Source: Marsupella aquatica
Lineage: Eukaryota > Plantae > Marchantiophyta
Assembly (NCBI GenBank): GCA_973895155.1
Contig: OZ316899.1
Location: forward strand, 16,581,974 to 16,645,973
DNA: 64,000 nucleotides
Direction: 5' to 3'
Positions 63,430-64,000 of the stretch are shown one piece after another. The notes beneath the pieces are model-generated. The model was not told the origin of the DNA, searched no databases, and worked only from the letters and a program-made list of their open reading frames with translations. The translations under genes and the position numbers were made by a program. Positions within the stretch are counted from its first letter, which is position 1. The number at the start of each line of letters is the position of its first letter.

Positions 63430-64000
63430 GAACATAAAAGATGTAAGATCCTTCTTGGGGTGCATTGGCTATTATCGCCGGTTCATCAAGGATTTTGCCA
63501 AGCTAGCTTTACCATTAACCAACATGCTCAAGGCAGGCGCAGACTTTGAACCCACACCAGAGCAAGTAACAGCAGTGGTGGAATTAAAGCAAATGTTAGT
63601 GGAGGCCCCAATCATGATAGCACCAGACTGGAACAAGGATTTTCATGTCTTTGTAGATGTCTCAGGCTTTGTATCGACTCAGTACTAAGTCAATTGGATG
63701 AGAAAGGAAGGGACCATCCCATATACTTTGCAAGCCGCCAGCTTGCTGATGCCGAACGAAATTACTCCACCACAGAAAGAGAAGCATTAGGAGTCATTTA
63801 TTCATGTAAAAAGTTTAGGCATTATTTGCTAGGGTACAAGGTAATCTTTCATACTGATCATGAAAGTTTGAAGTACCTAGTAAACAAGCCGGACCTCATA
63901 GGCAGGGTAGCAAGATGGATATTGTTATTATAGGAATTTGACTACGAGCTAAAAATCAAGCCGGGAAAACTACACGCCAATGCTGACTTCTTTTCAAGGA
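63430..64000 (+). pseudogene. pol: Gypsy pol, part 3: RT thumb/connection and RNase H (runs off the window)
   Basis: VRSFLGCIGYYRRFIKDF, FHVFVDVSG, HPIYFASRQL, NYSTTEREALG, FRHYLLG, TDHESL, HANADF. Confidence 0.95.

Larger units (their letters stand above)
12884..64000 (+). mobile_element. Host Ty3/gypsy retrotransposon (non-chromoviral, Athila/Phygy-like), fragmented by five internal insertions; both ends outside or displaced from the window
   Basis: Colinear LTR-region ORF, PBS, gag, protease, RT and RNase H. Frames rejoin at each TSD: KSE|SSSS, ASHEL|YSFMDGYSGYNQI, MQPK|NIKDVRSFLG. Confidence 0.85.

Overview
Plant (probably bryophyte-like, by inference) heterochromatic DNA made entirely of nested transposons; no intact host gene is visible. 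The scaffold is a degenerate + strand Ty3/gypsy retrotransposon: an ORF-containing region ending at a probable LTR 3' end (37412), a PBS, gag, protease, RT and RNase H, running off the right edge. Six elements have inserted into it: (1) the right end of a CACTA element (1-12883) whose subterminal region has become a ~576-bp satellite and which itself holds a complete Bianca-type Ty1/copia (6985-12519); (2) a 17-kb CACTA (13971-30951); (3, 4) two TG...CA elements with 5-bp TSDs and no terminal repeats (31151-34754, 38242-42256); (5) a 12.8-kb sister of the 17-kb CACTA (45373-58187); (6) a PIF/Harbinger (58606-63426). The five insertions with both ends in the window have matching TSDs, and removing them restores the host reading frames. 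Two observations stand out. First, the 17-kb CACTA carries a co-oriented cargo cassette of chromatin/ubiquitin modules: an EDM2-type PHD module, a tandem-BRCT protein, an F-box protein and a Cys-rich ORF. Second, three 3.6-4+ kb LTR or solo-LTR-like units each encode a plant-mobile-domain-like plus coiled-coil protein inside the LTR. All protein assignments come from motif recognition by eye; no database searches were run.
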